Assembly: GCA_001599295.1 (NCBI GenBank)
Contig: BCGN01000004.1
Location: 66,138-130,137, forward strand
Reading direction: 5' to 3'
From: Sporopachydermia quercuum
Lineage: Eukaryota
Length of the DNA: 64,000 nucleotides
Shown here: positions 47,377 through 60,154 of the stretch, piece after piece
Layout: each line of letters opens with the position of its first letter
Numbering within the stretch: the first letter of the stretch is position 1
The notes under the pieces: generated by a model
Seen by the model: the letters and a program-made list of their open reading frames with translations, nothing else
Told to the model about the DNA's origin: nothing
Databases searched by the model: none
Made by a program: the position numbers and the translations under genes

Positions 47377-50127
47377 ATGACCAATATTAAAGCCGTTATT
47401 AATGGAACAGACAGAAGAGGTATTTGGAGTAAAGCAATTGCCTGTTTAACATCTGTAGGACGAAATATCAGATTTGATGTATCAGAAACTTCAGTAAGTT
47501 AATAGCACATGGCACATTTATGAGCACATTTGCGTGATAGGCGTAAGATACTAGATTTGTACTTTGTGATATAAAATGATTTATTATGGATTTATTTCTA
47601 ACAGAAATAGATTTCTTTGTCAGCTATAAAAGACTCTAGGACATCTTATACTGAAGTTATATTCTATGATACGTATTTCAGTCACTACAATGCCAATATT
47701 GGTGGGAATGCTGATATCTATTCATTCCTGCTCGATGGGAAAGTAAGTACCCAAGAAACTGTTCTCTGGGCAATCACTATAACTTCTAATTTGCTTATTT
47801 TCTTTTATTCTTTTATTCTCTTTTATCCTTCTTTACTAACAATAGGCTAGTCACTGCTTCCACTGTTCAGAAGACTAGAAGGTGTAAAGGATATTGAGAG
47901 TATCATTCTTTCAGTCAACGATACATCAGATGAAGCAGTACCCAATCAACAATCATCAAGAGAACCAACAGCAACAGCAGATCATCAAGAAAACTCTTCA
48001 AATGCTTCCCCAAAATACGATTTGACCATTGAAATCAAATCCATATATGAACTAAAGAAAGTATACTCAATTCCTTACGGTATAAGCCACAACGCACGAA
48101 TGAGAACTAATAAATCGGTTTATAAGAAACGGCAAGAGAAGAGTTTGATTCCCCCTTCAAGTATTGATCCTCGTGATTTGACATTTGAAGATCTGGACTG
48201 CAATTATTTTGTCATTGAAACGTCAACAATAAAAAAGCTGTTGGAAGCATCGTCAAATGCAGTTGAAGAGTTTGGGATTCACTTTACACCGGAGAAGGTT
48301 GTTTTCACTGGCCAAACGAAATCAATCAAATCTGATGATGGAGGTAAGTGCTTTTGAATTAGGAGATATATGATATATGATGAGGAGTGCAGTTGTAGCA
48401 GACAATATGGTATTTGATAGTAATTGAACTGCCGTATCTGTTGATTAGCGGGCTTGGAATGAATGAATTATTACTAACTGAACGATGATTGCATTGTGAC
48501 AGATGTGTTGAAACATCCAATGGGAACAACGATTCGTGTAGATATAAGTGAATTTTTCAATTGTTCAGTTGAGAACGGATCAGGAGTTAAGTTCCAATTA
48601 AAGGATTTCAAGGTATGTTGATCTCTTTGATAAATGTAGATGGTAATATGGTAATTGGTGATAAATGGATGATAATATGTGGCATGACGTTAATTTGGTC
48701 ACCCGACTTGAAGCCTTTGCTGCATGCCTATGGTTGATGGATGTTATCATTAGAAAGGTGCAATAATAAAGGCAAGGGGTTCATAAAATTAAATACAGGA
48801 TTTTGTGCTTTTCAATGCTATGGCCAAGTACAGCAAGTGTTCAGCAAGTGCTCGGTTATTACATTACTACAGCAATCCAAAAGAAATTGGCTCTTGCAGA
48901 GAGAAATAATAACATGAACCATTAGCACCAATGCCGGCATTCTATTGATGCTTTTGTTGAAGTTGACTCAACTTTTTAATGCTTGTTTTCTGCTAGCGTT
49001 AGCCTCAGCATCAGCACTAGATTAGCATTAGCGTTAACATAATTATTACCCTAATCATGGCCATATCATAAGTCAACACCTCTCTGGCATTCATTCTTCT
49101 ATTAACACATCTCAAGACATTTGTTAATATAGTGGTAACATTCTCTAATCTAATGGACGTTTATTATAACCAGCCTAACGAACCAATCTGTTTTGAAATC
49201 AACGATATGGAAAAAGGATTCTTTATGCAGTTGGTTCAAGTGACTGATACTAATGATCATATAGACGTTACTTCTAAAGCTGGTGTGAATAGTATTAATA
49301 GTATTGATAGCTCTAACAGTGTCACCGCTACTTCTGCTGCTAATAGCAGAATTGACATTCATACGACAAGAGGACTGAATCTAGAGAGAATTGAGCCTAA
49401 ACGAAGGAAGTTAAGAGAATTAAGCTCGCCAAAATCTCAATCTCAGTCTCAGTCTCAAGATCAATCTGATACTGAGGAAGAAGATGTTGTCAAAGGCTTG
49501 AATCCTTATAAACCTGCCGACGAGTTGTCTCAATCTGTTGGTAATAATGATGGTAATAATGACGGTGACGATGGTGGTGATACTGATGAAGATAGGAGAA
49601 ATGACAGTACTAACAATAGAATGGAACATCAACAGAATGCGAACAGCACGGAGACGCTCAGAAAAGAAAGCGTAAGACCAGTGAGAAAACAGCAGGAGGA
49701 GTATTCTATCAGTTGGGATTCAGGGCATAGTAATAATAGTAGAAATGGTGATAGTAATAGTACTACCAGTAATAATAATATCAATAATGCCATTGGTAAT
49801 GCCCGACAGACTGGAGCTATTCGCCTACCAATTCTCACTAGACAAAAAGCAAATGTTCAGTCATTTTATAAGAAACAGAATACTAGAAGTAAAAGCAAAG
49901 GAGATGGTAAAGGAGGTAAAGGGAGTTCACCGTATGATGATAATAGAAATAAAAGTAATAATGGTACTGGTGATGATGATAGTAATAGTAATGGTAATAA
50001 TGCTAATATGGTTAATGGAATACCAGAAAATGAAAAGATTGATGATTCTGCTGAAGANAGTACGCAGAGAGATCAAATAGGACCGACCCAGGATATTAAT
50101 AAGCCTAAGGGTGTATTTGATTGGTGA
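47377..50127 (+). CDS. DDC1: 9-1-1 checkpoint clamp subunit Ddc1/Rad9; exons 47377-47493, 47611-47742, 47851-48343, 48503-48612, 49117-50127
   Basis: Four introns join in frame: 'IKAVI...IWSKAIACL', 'VLKHPMGTTI...FQLKDFK', 'YYNQPNEPI', and the C-terminal 'IGPTQ...PKGVFD' typical of Ddc1. Confidence 0.85.
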
Positions 50128-50393
50128 TCATGGTGACAAGATCATATAGCATGTAGAGCTGATAGAAATAGAAATAACAGGTAATAGGTTACTATAATAT
50201 TGTATATAATTTATGACTAACACAGTAAACAAACAGATTTGAATGCTGCTGAATAACAATTAATGTATAATATAACCTATGTACCAAAACACAATAACAT
50301 TAGCTTTCTTTTCAGTAAGATTTCAATTAAACATGTCATGAGAAAATTGAAGTATACTACTTCTCTAGAGTTACTAACTTTCAACTATAACAT

Positions 50394-51764
50394 CTAAGCA
50401 GTAGGTGCAGGTTTAGGCTAGTATGAGAGGTTAGCAAGAGCTGCAAGTCGCGACTGGTTGTATGCTGGTTTGTAGATAGATCGGAGGTTATGGAATGTGA
50501 ACTCAAATACTTACAGGTTCGGAAGCAGCTGCTACAGCTTGAACTTCATTCTTTTCTTTACCACCGAGGCTGTACGATGTGTTAGTAAAAGAAATGGAAA
50601 AGGAGTGTAAACAAATTGATTGCAAGAGTAGAAGAATACATACTACCAATAGTTGAGCCATCTTGAACCTTGGATTAATTGAGATGTTTCATTGATTGCA
50701 TGACAAGCAAATAATAAAGGATTGACTGGAGTAATAGAGACCCTATGACAGTTAGTATTGGTTTTGAAGTAAAACATAAGAGAATAATACAGGGTGAAAT
50801 GACAGTTAAATAGGGAAGACGCTAAGCAGCTATTAATGAAGCTACNCAGTCATCAACAGTATTTATATCAAATCAGCATGAGTTTCAAATCGTCGCATAC
50901 GAGTATTTCATGAAAACCAAAGAGTAAATGATCAATGAACCTGTCATTGGACCAGAAATCAACTGAGGGTCTTTCTTGATATCATAAATTGCAGCCAAAG
51001 GAATACCAAAATTAGAGACAGGTCCTGATTTGGCTAGTTAGTATTAATGATAGTAGGAAATAAGTGGATGTTTGTCGTGCAATCGGTTATGTTTATTATA
51101 GCAATGGTATAGCAGCGACAGATAGAGCTTTTTGCAGGTTTGAAGAAGTTTATCAGTAGACCTGAATTTGTATCAAAGGAGCATGCTCTCATGATAATAA
51201 TTAATATAAGGTATTCTCAGCTCATAAGTTGTCTCAAACATTGAGTTTACATTTGAATAAGAGTATAGCAAAAAAATACTGATAGCTCTTAATGCCATAT
51301 CGAACCTGTTCTTATCTACTATTGGTATCTTCTCACATATGGTGCCCTATTCCTTTCTTTCACTATCTTGCTGTTTAATATAACCTTTCAAAGAATTTTC
51401 CACAGCTCACCCTCTACCATTGCAATATACAGCTCATCAATTCTCTCACGAACGAAACACTTGTTATTTCAACATACCCCAAAAATGTGTGGAGCAGATG
51501 TCTATCAACAAAAAAAGCACAGAAGAGACATCAGTAGTTAGTAATCAAACTATTAAACTTCTTTTTGAAAGCTAAGCCGTTATTCCTATATTATTATGTA
51601 CATCATTCACATACACCTTGAGCATCTGTTAGTACAACGTCTACCAATCAATTAATTGTACAGTAACATTCAGTTACACTTCAACTCCATGACCAAAAAA
51701 CATACTTCACAAAATCCTTGCTGAATACAAAGTTCTTTGCTTTATTGAAAAACTGTGATGACAT
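50394..51764 (-). CDS. MPC1: Mitochondrial pyruvate carrier Mpc1 (128 aa); coding exons 51764-51706, 51616-51615, 51501-51478, 51024-50901, 50742-50644, 50569-50515, 50417-50394, plus a probable 5'-UTR intron about 52035-51826
   Basis: Spliced product ...[40 protein letters not shown]...FMKYS...[19 protein letters not shown]. All six coding introns have GTATGY/GTAAGT donors and TRCTAAC branches. Confidence 0.93.
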
Positions 51765-52862
51765 TTTGCAGAACTATAGAAGGCAATTGATGGAATTATG
51801 ATATAACTGTCTTGATCCTAAGCTGCTGATGCGGTTAGTAAAGAAAATAAGGATGTGAATGCTAAAGTAAAATTCCTCTGTTGGGTGCATAATGCTTATT
51901 ATTATTTGTGGTAGAATGACAATGGATAATGTTACAAACTAAATGGTGATTATTACACAATCATATCATTCACAAACGAAAATTAAACCAACCACAAAGC
52001 ACAATCATTGAGCAATACAGAAATAACAAACATACCAATTAATTACGCCCTTGAATACTGATATATCTGTGCTCGGTCAATTCATACACTGCACTCTGCG
52101 TTCCTTTTCAACATAGTATAGCTTCGACTACAATATATCAAAAGATACATTTGACTATCTATACCTTGAAAATTGTTCCTTCCCCATATATGTTACATTC
52201 ATCTGGATAAATAAATCATGTTGCAAAACGATTGAGGGGCATTCTTACTACTTTCAAATGTTTGAAGACTATTAGCTTGATAAATTTGTGTTCACATAAT
52301 ATCAATATAGATACTTATTCCGGAAACGATATTCTGGTACTGGTTCTTTTACTCAACATATGATCTCCGTTATTTGTTATCATCTATTCTTTGGCCAAAC
52401 AACCTCCAAGGATAACCAACAACAATATTAACCAGAGTAGCCTGCTTATATCCTGCCATTTTCATTGCAGTGATGTTGTTATGGGATTATTGAACCTATT
52501 AAAGTGATATTGGTACTTTCTGGTTAATTCGACGAACTGAATATGCTCCCAATTCTCAGCTATCATATCCTCTATTCTCAAACCTAATCAGCCATTCTGT
52601 TGTATGATGAGATAGCAAGCTGTATAATTACATTAGAACTACGCTCAACAATTAAACAAGAACGCGGGAGACTACTCAAAGGAATAAGTTATAATCAATA
52701 GACACTTTACTATTAAATAGAGTTAAATCGAACCAGTGAATGTGGAATAGCCCCATCCATAGCAAGCTCATCAACAGCATAACTTTGTCTCTTACTATGC
52801 TACATCACTCCACCGAGTAAATCACAACATCAACAGTACAATTCACGCAAAAAAGATCAACA

Positions 52863-54695
52863 ATGGATCGCGTGTTATCAGTTAAACAATTAGTGGAGAT
52901 TGGAAACAATTATGAATTTGATCCAAAGATTCCCTTTCGAATGTGGATAGAAACAGCCTACAGGGTTCTGATTAAGGTATGCTATGACAAGGCAGACGAG
53001 GAAGTGGATTATTGATTGAGATAGGAATATTACTTGAAGTATCACTAGTTCTTTGGTATTGATTTGCTTAATAAAATTGCTGTCAAAACAGCTATCAGCT
53101 GATAATTACTATATAACAACTTCGTTTCTTGAAATACAGTATTACACAGTTCAATAACTGACTTCCTATCTCTGTTTTCTCTTTATAACCTACTAACATT
53201 AACTATCAGGCTGAAGAACTATTGATTGAAAGATCTTATAGTGAAGCATATATTCTGTTTGCAAGATTCTGTGAGTACGTACTATTGTTAGTTTATTACC
53301 AAGTACTCTATTGTTGATACTGTGGAAAAGGAGAAACTATACCCATAGCACCACAATAGATAAGTATCTGGTGGTTGTAACAGCTACCAAATCTACTGCA
53401 ATCACCAATCATCAACCGAATATGCTTCCTTGTATACATTCTAACATCTATCTAGTCTAGTGTTAAATAAACTACCATCGCATCCTTCGGTTGATTCAGC
53501 GGCTCTCAAAAAACTTGTGAATGTATGGAAACTCATTGCTATCTCTCTTATCTCTTCTATCATGCCCATATACTAACACACTTAGGAACTACCAAATGCC
53601 CTAGCACGTATGGAATTCATCAAGCCTATCATTCAGCATGAATTCAATGAATTCACAAGACACAAGGAAGAACGCAGACGTTTACTCGTGCAAAACATCG
53701 AACAGAGTAAAAAGAAAAAGGAACTTGATGATGCTAGAGAGAAAAGAAGCAAATCACCTTTCAATGCTCAGAGTAATAGGGCTATTGACATTGGAAATAC
53801 GGTTGGATCTGAATTGACAGAATTGAAGAAGCTGCTGTCAAAATTGAATAGACCACTCAATGGCAGTATCCAGAATTCAACTAACACTTCAGTGAATTCG
53901 CGATTTGATTCAAATTCAAATGCCTATCAATACAGAACAGCTAATCAGCTCAACTATCCTACCATTCCTATTTCCCAGCATAATCTATACAATTCTGATG
54001 TTTCTCAGCTATCAATTGATCTTCCTCCTAAGATAAATCTTCCTGGCTTTGCTCCAGACAATAATGTTTCTACTTCATCTACAACCTCCAAGTCTACCGC
54101 ATCCACTGGCAATGTCTACCCTACAAAAGATCAAACGGAAGCAGGAAAGCCTCTGAGGAGCGTATTTATACCAAAACTCTTGAGAGAAAACTTCCTAGCT
54201 TTGGCGAGACCAAATACAAGGAAGAAGATAGAAACCTGTGGTATTCTATGCGGAGTTCTCAACAGAAACGCTTTTTTCATAACTCATTTGGTGATTCCTC
54301 AACAAGACGGTACTTCCGATACTTGCACAACTAGAAACGAAGAAGAACTCTTCGAATTCGTGGACTCCAATGAACTATTTATCATTGGCTGGATCCATAC
54401 CCATCCTACCCAGTCTTGTTTCCTCAGTTCAATTGATATCCATACTCAGAACTCATACCAGATTATGCTTCCGGAAGCTATAGCCATAGTGTGCTCTCCG
54501 CAACATGAACCCAGCTGGGGTATATTCAGGCTTACCGATCCACCAGGTATTGGAATCATTACTAAATGTACTAAGAGTTCGTTCCATCCTCACCCTGAGA
54601 AGAATATATACAAGAATGTGTATATGGGAGATAATACCGGAGGAGTTGTTTTGAGGGACGATGTTCCTTTGAAAGTAAAGGACTTTCGAATATAG
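52863..54695 (+). CDS. AMSH/STAMBP-like JAMM deubiquitinase; exons 52863-52976, 53210-53274, 53456-53522, 53586-54695
   Basis: N-terminal USP8-dimer/MIT-like segment (YEFDPKIPFRMW...DLVLNKLPSHP) and JAMM motif 'ETCGILCG...GWIHTHPTQSCFLSSID'. Confidence 0.9.
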
Positions 54696-57613
54696 AATTG
54701 CGTGGTAAAGTTGATAGAAGAGTCAACTGCTAATCAAATTATAGTGTAGGTGTTGTAATAAATTCATTGCTAAATGAAAAGAAAAAAAGAAAGAAAAAAA
54801 AAGTGAGAAAGGGAAGAACCACGGTTGCCCTATTTTCAATGGCAATTAACATTCTAACAGGAATGCTGGCTTGCTAGAATTCTTCAAAGAGTTCGCGTAA
54901 GAAGACTATGGCGATGATAGTAATGAGTGCTATCCAATCATTAGCCATGATTCTTCTCTCGAAAGCACAGTTGTTCGCTTCATACAACGTGTTGACTATA
55001 GATATCATCGAAACTAACACTCTATTGCAACGAATTTTCCTTGACTAAGATTTCTATCTTTTATCCGTATTTTCAGCTTTTTTTATGATTAGTCCAAGGT
55101 ATCTCACGGTCTGGCAATTCTATCCATACTGCTGTCGCTGACTGTTTGATAAGAGCACTTTGGAAGTACAATGATTATTTTTACAGATAAGAGTACGCAA
55201 AGGTTGTGTGAGAAGATGCGCTATAGAATACAAGATGATAAGACAGTCGAAGTTCAAAGCGCGAAGCATTGATTGAACAAATAAAGCGATACAGTCAATT
55301 GAGATGGTGTTGCTGTTAGCGAATAATACTTGTTATCATCTTGTTTGGATGGTATAACATGACATACGGAAACAGACACCCAAAATTGATTGCAGTATTT
55401 CGATTTGAATTTAATCTGCTTATCATATCTTGGCACATTCTTCAACCATTCATTGCTGGCAGCAGGACATAGGATCAAATTGTTAAAAGATGCTTGTATT
55501 ACGATTATTTATTGCAAAAACGGGAATATACTACTAGGTGAGAAAGACCTGGTGGTATGTGATGTATGGGCTTTTCGTATACTGTGTTACACAATATATT
55601 ATTAATAGATTTGCATGTCATATCCTTGTATAGCATTAAATCTAAACCGATATCAAATTTATATGATAATTTACACGCTTTATTATAATAATCATTATTA
55701 TATTACTTTCTATCGCCTACAGGAAGTTAGATTATTGAATTAGAGGTCATCGGTCTTTTAAGATTAAAGGGAGGCTGATAATGCATAATGCTTCTGATAT
55801 TGTTTTAACTGGAAAATGATAACATGAAGAGTAACGGATATTTATATTATATATCATTGATGCTAATGATAATAATGATAACATTAACGATAACAATTGT
55901 ATCCAATACTAATAATACCATCTGTGTTGCTGAACAATTTGTTTGTGATAGTTTAAACAAATATATAATATTATTTTTGTGGAAGAGAGTAGTTATTGTT
56001 TATGGTAAGAGGACAAAACCCTAACAGAGAATATTTAAGATTTCTGATTTATGTGATTGATATAATTGTTGTAAGTTATGTTGGGCCTAATAATGTATTG
56101 ATGCTTCTTATCAACGCTCTTTTGCTGATGCTTTCTCGTTATTGCTTTTATTACAATTGCTCTATCATTTACTCTTACTCCTTCTATAGAAGATATTGAA
56201 TAGGATTAGAACTTATAAGCCTTAGATTAGTCAATCAGCTTTTCAGAGCTATCATTCTGATCACAATCAATCGATCTTCCATTATACAGGCTGATACACC
56301 GAAAATGTATCAAGCATGGAACCATTTGAAGACTTCAGCAAAAAAAAAAGAAGAGGATTTGGCGTTTTCATATAGTGCAAATGCATATTGTATGGCATAT
56401 TGCATTATAGTATGATCTACATTGTATTCTTCTGTTCTTAATTTCCAGGAAGATATATAATATATCTATATCATAATTTTAACAATGAGTTTTATAATAA
56501 TAGTTATTATTATAGTAAAGGTAAGGACATCGGAAGACCAGCTGAAGTGAATTCACCGAAATGCCAATATTGGTTAATAAATAGGCTGTTAAGGTTGTTG
56601 GTAATCCAACTAACCAATAAAGAAGAGTCTGAATCATCTAGTTAACTACGGTATGGCAAGAACAATGTTTGAGAGTGAATTTATTATATTGATTGACTAG
56701 TCAAATGAGTGGTTACATAGATGATCTGTTTTATTGATTGAACAAGACCCAACTCTTTTTTTGGATTGCTATTTGCACTATAGGAAAGAAGAATTGAAAT
56801 TGTTTTGATTTAATTAAATGAGTGAATGAGTGAATGAGTAAATGATTAATAAATGAAGTATATATGATTATGTTGAACAGGAATTAGATACAATAGTTGA
56901 TATTAACAATTTGTTGTAAAAGTTGATAGTTAGTGAATTATTATCATCATGGTTCTGAAATTCATTCTTGATAAACCAGATATAGTCCGAAGAACCCTCA
57001 ATTGAATGAAGTTTGATCTCATTCCTATCTATTGTTCTACAGTATTATGTTATGCTGATAACACTCATACTAAAGGACCTTGTACCTTTTGATCATCTCA
57101 CAGTATTCACACAACAGTCCACTTGCCTTTGTTATTTCCCTCAACATTTGCTATTGATTCTAATTATGAATTAACTTATATCATAAAATATCATTGAATG
57201 TTATAAAAGAGTCTTAGAGATCATCAAGTGGCTATTATCAAGTATTATAATACACTATCAATAATCATGACATATAACTCCCTCTAAAATTCAACGCATT
57301 TCAGCAAGTAACACATTATAACATATAAATATAACATAATACATGCAATGAACACCACTATATTTTCTTCTTCTTCTGTCACCAGCAACACAGTAATTTT
57401 CTTGACTAGTACGCATTGATAGTACTATCATCCTACTGGTAGCTCGAAGTTTGCGCTATCGTTGCTTCATCAATCTCTTTGTTAACCGCACTGCAACTGC
57501 TATTCATCCATCAACTATTTTGTTCACAACGTTAAATTCCTTTTCATTCTCATCCTTTTCATTTTCTTTCTGCTCCACGTATGATCTTCTCCTAATACAA
57601 CTCATTCACCACT

Positions 57614-59482
57614 CTATTCATTCCATCCAAGACTCTCCAGCTCTCTTCTAACATTCTCCTCGGTATTAATCTTCATCACCTGCGTATCTTCTAATGTCTC
57701 ACCAACAGCTTGACGTTCTTTTAACTGTTGAATAGCACGTAACTTCTTCAACAAAGCCCTGATCTTCTTTTCCTCTAAACTAATTGTAGCTGGTCCTGCT
57801 CCTGTGTTGGCAGCATTACTGGCGATGTTGTTAGCAGTGTTGCTGGTGCTGTTTCCGTTTGCTACTACTGAAACAAACCCTGGAGGTGAATTAGACCCGC
57901 CAGGACGGTTGGATGGCTGAGGATTAGAATCACTGGAATGTTCAGAGTCCCCAGCGTTGTCCTTGCCTTCTTTCTTCTTTTCCTTTCGTTTCCTATTTTT
58001 GTTAGGCTTCGCAGCAGGAGGAGTGGCTCCTGGAGGTAAACTGCTTCTCACTGGTGGAGCATAGGCAGAAGTTTGCAAAGAAAGAGAAATGCTAGAAGAC
58101 GCTGCACTCCCAGTGCCAACATTGCCATTCCTGGCATGGGGAGGTCTATAGGCACCAGCCGGCTTTGAAGTCTTCACTGTGTTGGATTTAGCCAGCAATG
58201 CTGAAGGATGCGCATCAGGAATACCTTCATTGTTACTCCAAGGAAACTGCTCAACAGGTTGAGGTCTCCATGCAACAGTAAATAGCTCAGGGTACTCCTT
58301 AGAAAACATTAATTTAGAAGTCCAATGCCAAATCTTGATTCCATTATCAACCCTTAGACGGGGAGATGTTGTAGCTGTGAGAACGTATCTTCCATCGGGA
58401 CTCCATTTGCATACAGAAGTGTTTGGAGCTTCAAACGTGCACACTTTCTTGAACTGGCCGGCCCTATCATATATATCAACGGTTCCTTGCAAATTGCCAA
58501 ATCCTGCAACCAAAACAAATCTTGCATGGGGAGAAAACTTGATGGTGTTCCGCGGGGCGGGCATAAGCGAGAAGGTCTCATTGCCTCTGGCGTCAAAAAT
58601 AGTAGTCTTAGCTGGCATATAGCCATACACAACCCCGAACTCACGAGCATTCGGGGACCAGCTGATATCATGAATGGGACCTTCTTTATCCAAAGTGATT
58701 CGGGTGTTGAAATTGCCAGCAATGCCCAGTAAGTATAAAGTAGATTCACCATAATACGACTGGTTGGATTTATCAACGTCAGTAGAAACAAGAGCCAAGA
58801 CAGAAGTCCCTAGCGCGTTCCATTGGAATTGACAGCTATCAGCTTTAAAAAAAGACTGCTGAGCAATCGGTTGTTTGAAATTGGTTAAATCATACACTTT
58901 GACAGAACCCGGCTTGCCTGATTTTTCTGCAACAAAAACAGCTAATGAGTAGTTCTTTCCTGGTGATAACGAAAACACTTTCAGGTTATCGAGTCGTAAC
59001 TTTGCATACAGAGAGGAGAAATTGCTAGTGTTGTAAACTTGCACATCGTCAGTGCCCATCCGAGCGGCAAATTTTTCGTCATAGGAAAACTGAAACTTCC
59101 AGTTGTTTTGGTTCTTGGAAATAAATGATGAGAGAAACTCGCTGGTTTGAGAGTTCCAAATTTTCAGGTTTCGGAACCAATTTCCAGACTCTCTGTCGAG
59201 TTTTGGTCGTTCCCAGGTACATAGAAATGACCCCAGAGGTGAAAAGCTGATATCATACACTTCTGGGACTTGGATTGTGTTGACAAATTTGCCGCTGAAG
59301 GTGTCAGAGATGACGATTGAATCGTTTCCGAGAGTAGCTAAGAACTTACCATTGCCGGAGTATATCACCGAACGGATGTCTGAGTCTTGGACAATAGAAG
59401 ATTCCAGTTTTTCGAATCCTGGAGCACCATTAAAGATGTCAATCCCTTTGGACAAACGGCCAATAAATTGTGTTTTGTTCAT
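57614..59482 (-). CDS. Translation initiation factor eIF2A (YGR054W-like)
   Basis: WD-like body with 'SYYGE..LY', 'GFGNLQG', 'TTSPRLRVDNG', 'GAYRPPHAR' and 'LLKKLRAIQQLK...LEDTQ'. The first ATG (MNKTQF) is at 59482. Confidence 0.93.
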   Translation of the reverse strand: MNKTQFIGRLSKGIDIFNGAPGFEKLESSIVQDSDIRSVIYSGNGKFLATLGNDSIVISDTFSGKFVNTIQVPEVYDISFSPLGSFLCTWERPKLDRESGNWFRNLKIWNSQTSEFLSSFISKNQNNWKFQFSYDEKFAARMGTDDVQVYNTSNFSSLYAKLRLDNLKVFSLSPGKNYSLAVFVAEKSGKPGSVKVYDLTNFKQPIAQQSFFKADSCQFQWNALGTSVLALVSTDVDKSNQSYYGESTLYLLGIAGNFNTRITLDKEGPIHDISWSPNAREFGVVYGYMPAKTTIFDARGNETFSLMPAPRNTIKFSPHARFVLVAGFGNLQGTVDIYDRAGQFKKVCTFEAPNTSVCKWSPDGRYVLTATTSPRLRVDNGIKIWHWTSKLMFSKEYPELFTVAWRPQPVEQFPWSNNEGIPDAHPSALLAKSNTVKTSKPAGAYRPPHARNGNVGTGSAASSSISLSLQTSAYAPPVRSSLPPGATPPAAKPNKNRKRKEKKKEGKDNAGDSEHSSDSNPQPSNRPGGSNSPPGFVSVVANGNSTSNTANNIASNAANTGAGPATISLEEKKIRALLKKLRAIQQLKERQAVGETLEDTQVMKINTEENVRRELESLGWNE

Positions 59483-60085
59483 TAGAACTAATGATTTGAC
59501 AAGCAATGATAGTATAGACGATTATATACAAAGTGATCAATTAACAGTCGTAGGAATTCTAAGTCACAATGAGTAACCAAAAGATTCACTGTAGGTCACA
59601 AGTAGCAAGATAAAACACGGTAGCCACTAAAAGCAGAAAATATACACAATGGACTTTTTTTTAATCCAATTGATCACTTGAAGTGTTAGTTGCAGAGTCA
59701 AATAATTGAAACTACAAGAAAACGAAGCGATCTGATTGTTGACTCGGATGAATTCAAGTACGGAAAAAAAACTCTACTTGACACCGGTTAAAGAGCAACA
59801 GTGCAACCTATATGCATAAAATAGGCTTGATTTCTTTGACGATTGGAAATTTTTTTTTTTTTGGCTGTTTTATAAGGCTTTTCTGTACCTTTTCATTGAT
59901 TTTCTAATGGAAGAAAGGACAGAATAAGAGTGAAAGAAAGCATTGAATCAAACATACACGAAAAAACACGCACAGTGAGGTTAGTTTATGTTCAGGAATA
60001 AAAGATGAGATAATCAAGATATATGATTGATATTTGCACCCATACATCTTGTAAAATGAATGAATATGAAGATCTTGTGATGATG

Positions 60086-60154
60086 CACGTGATGCCCCAT
60101 TCATATCCGGGTAACCACAATCTAATGATGATTTATAAATAACTAATTACCCGG
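60086..60154. promoter_or_regulatory. CACGTGA site plus an inverted pair of Reb1 sites in the eIF2A/RIM101 divergent region
   Basis: CACGTGA at 60086, CCGGGTAA at 60107 and TTACCCGG at 60147. Confidence 0.55.

Noticed and set aside
55322..55357. 'CYHLVWMV' resembling the start of an IS200-type transposase
   Set aside because: It is followed by an immediate stop codon, with no further motifs or terminal structures.
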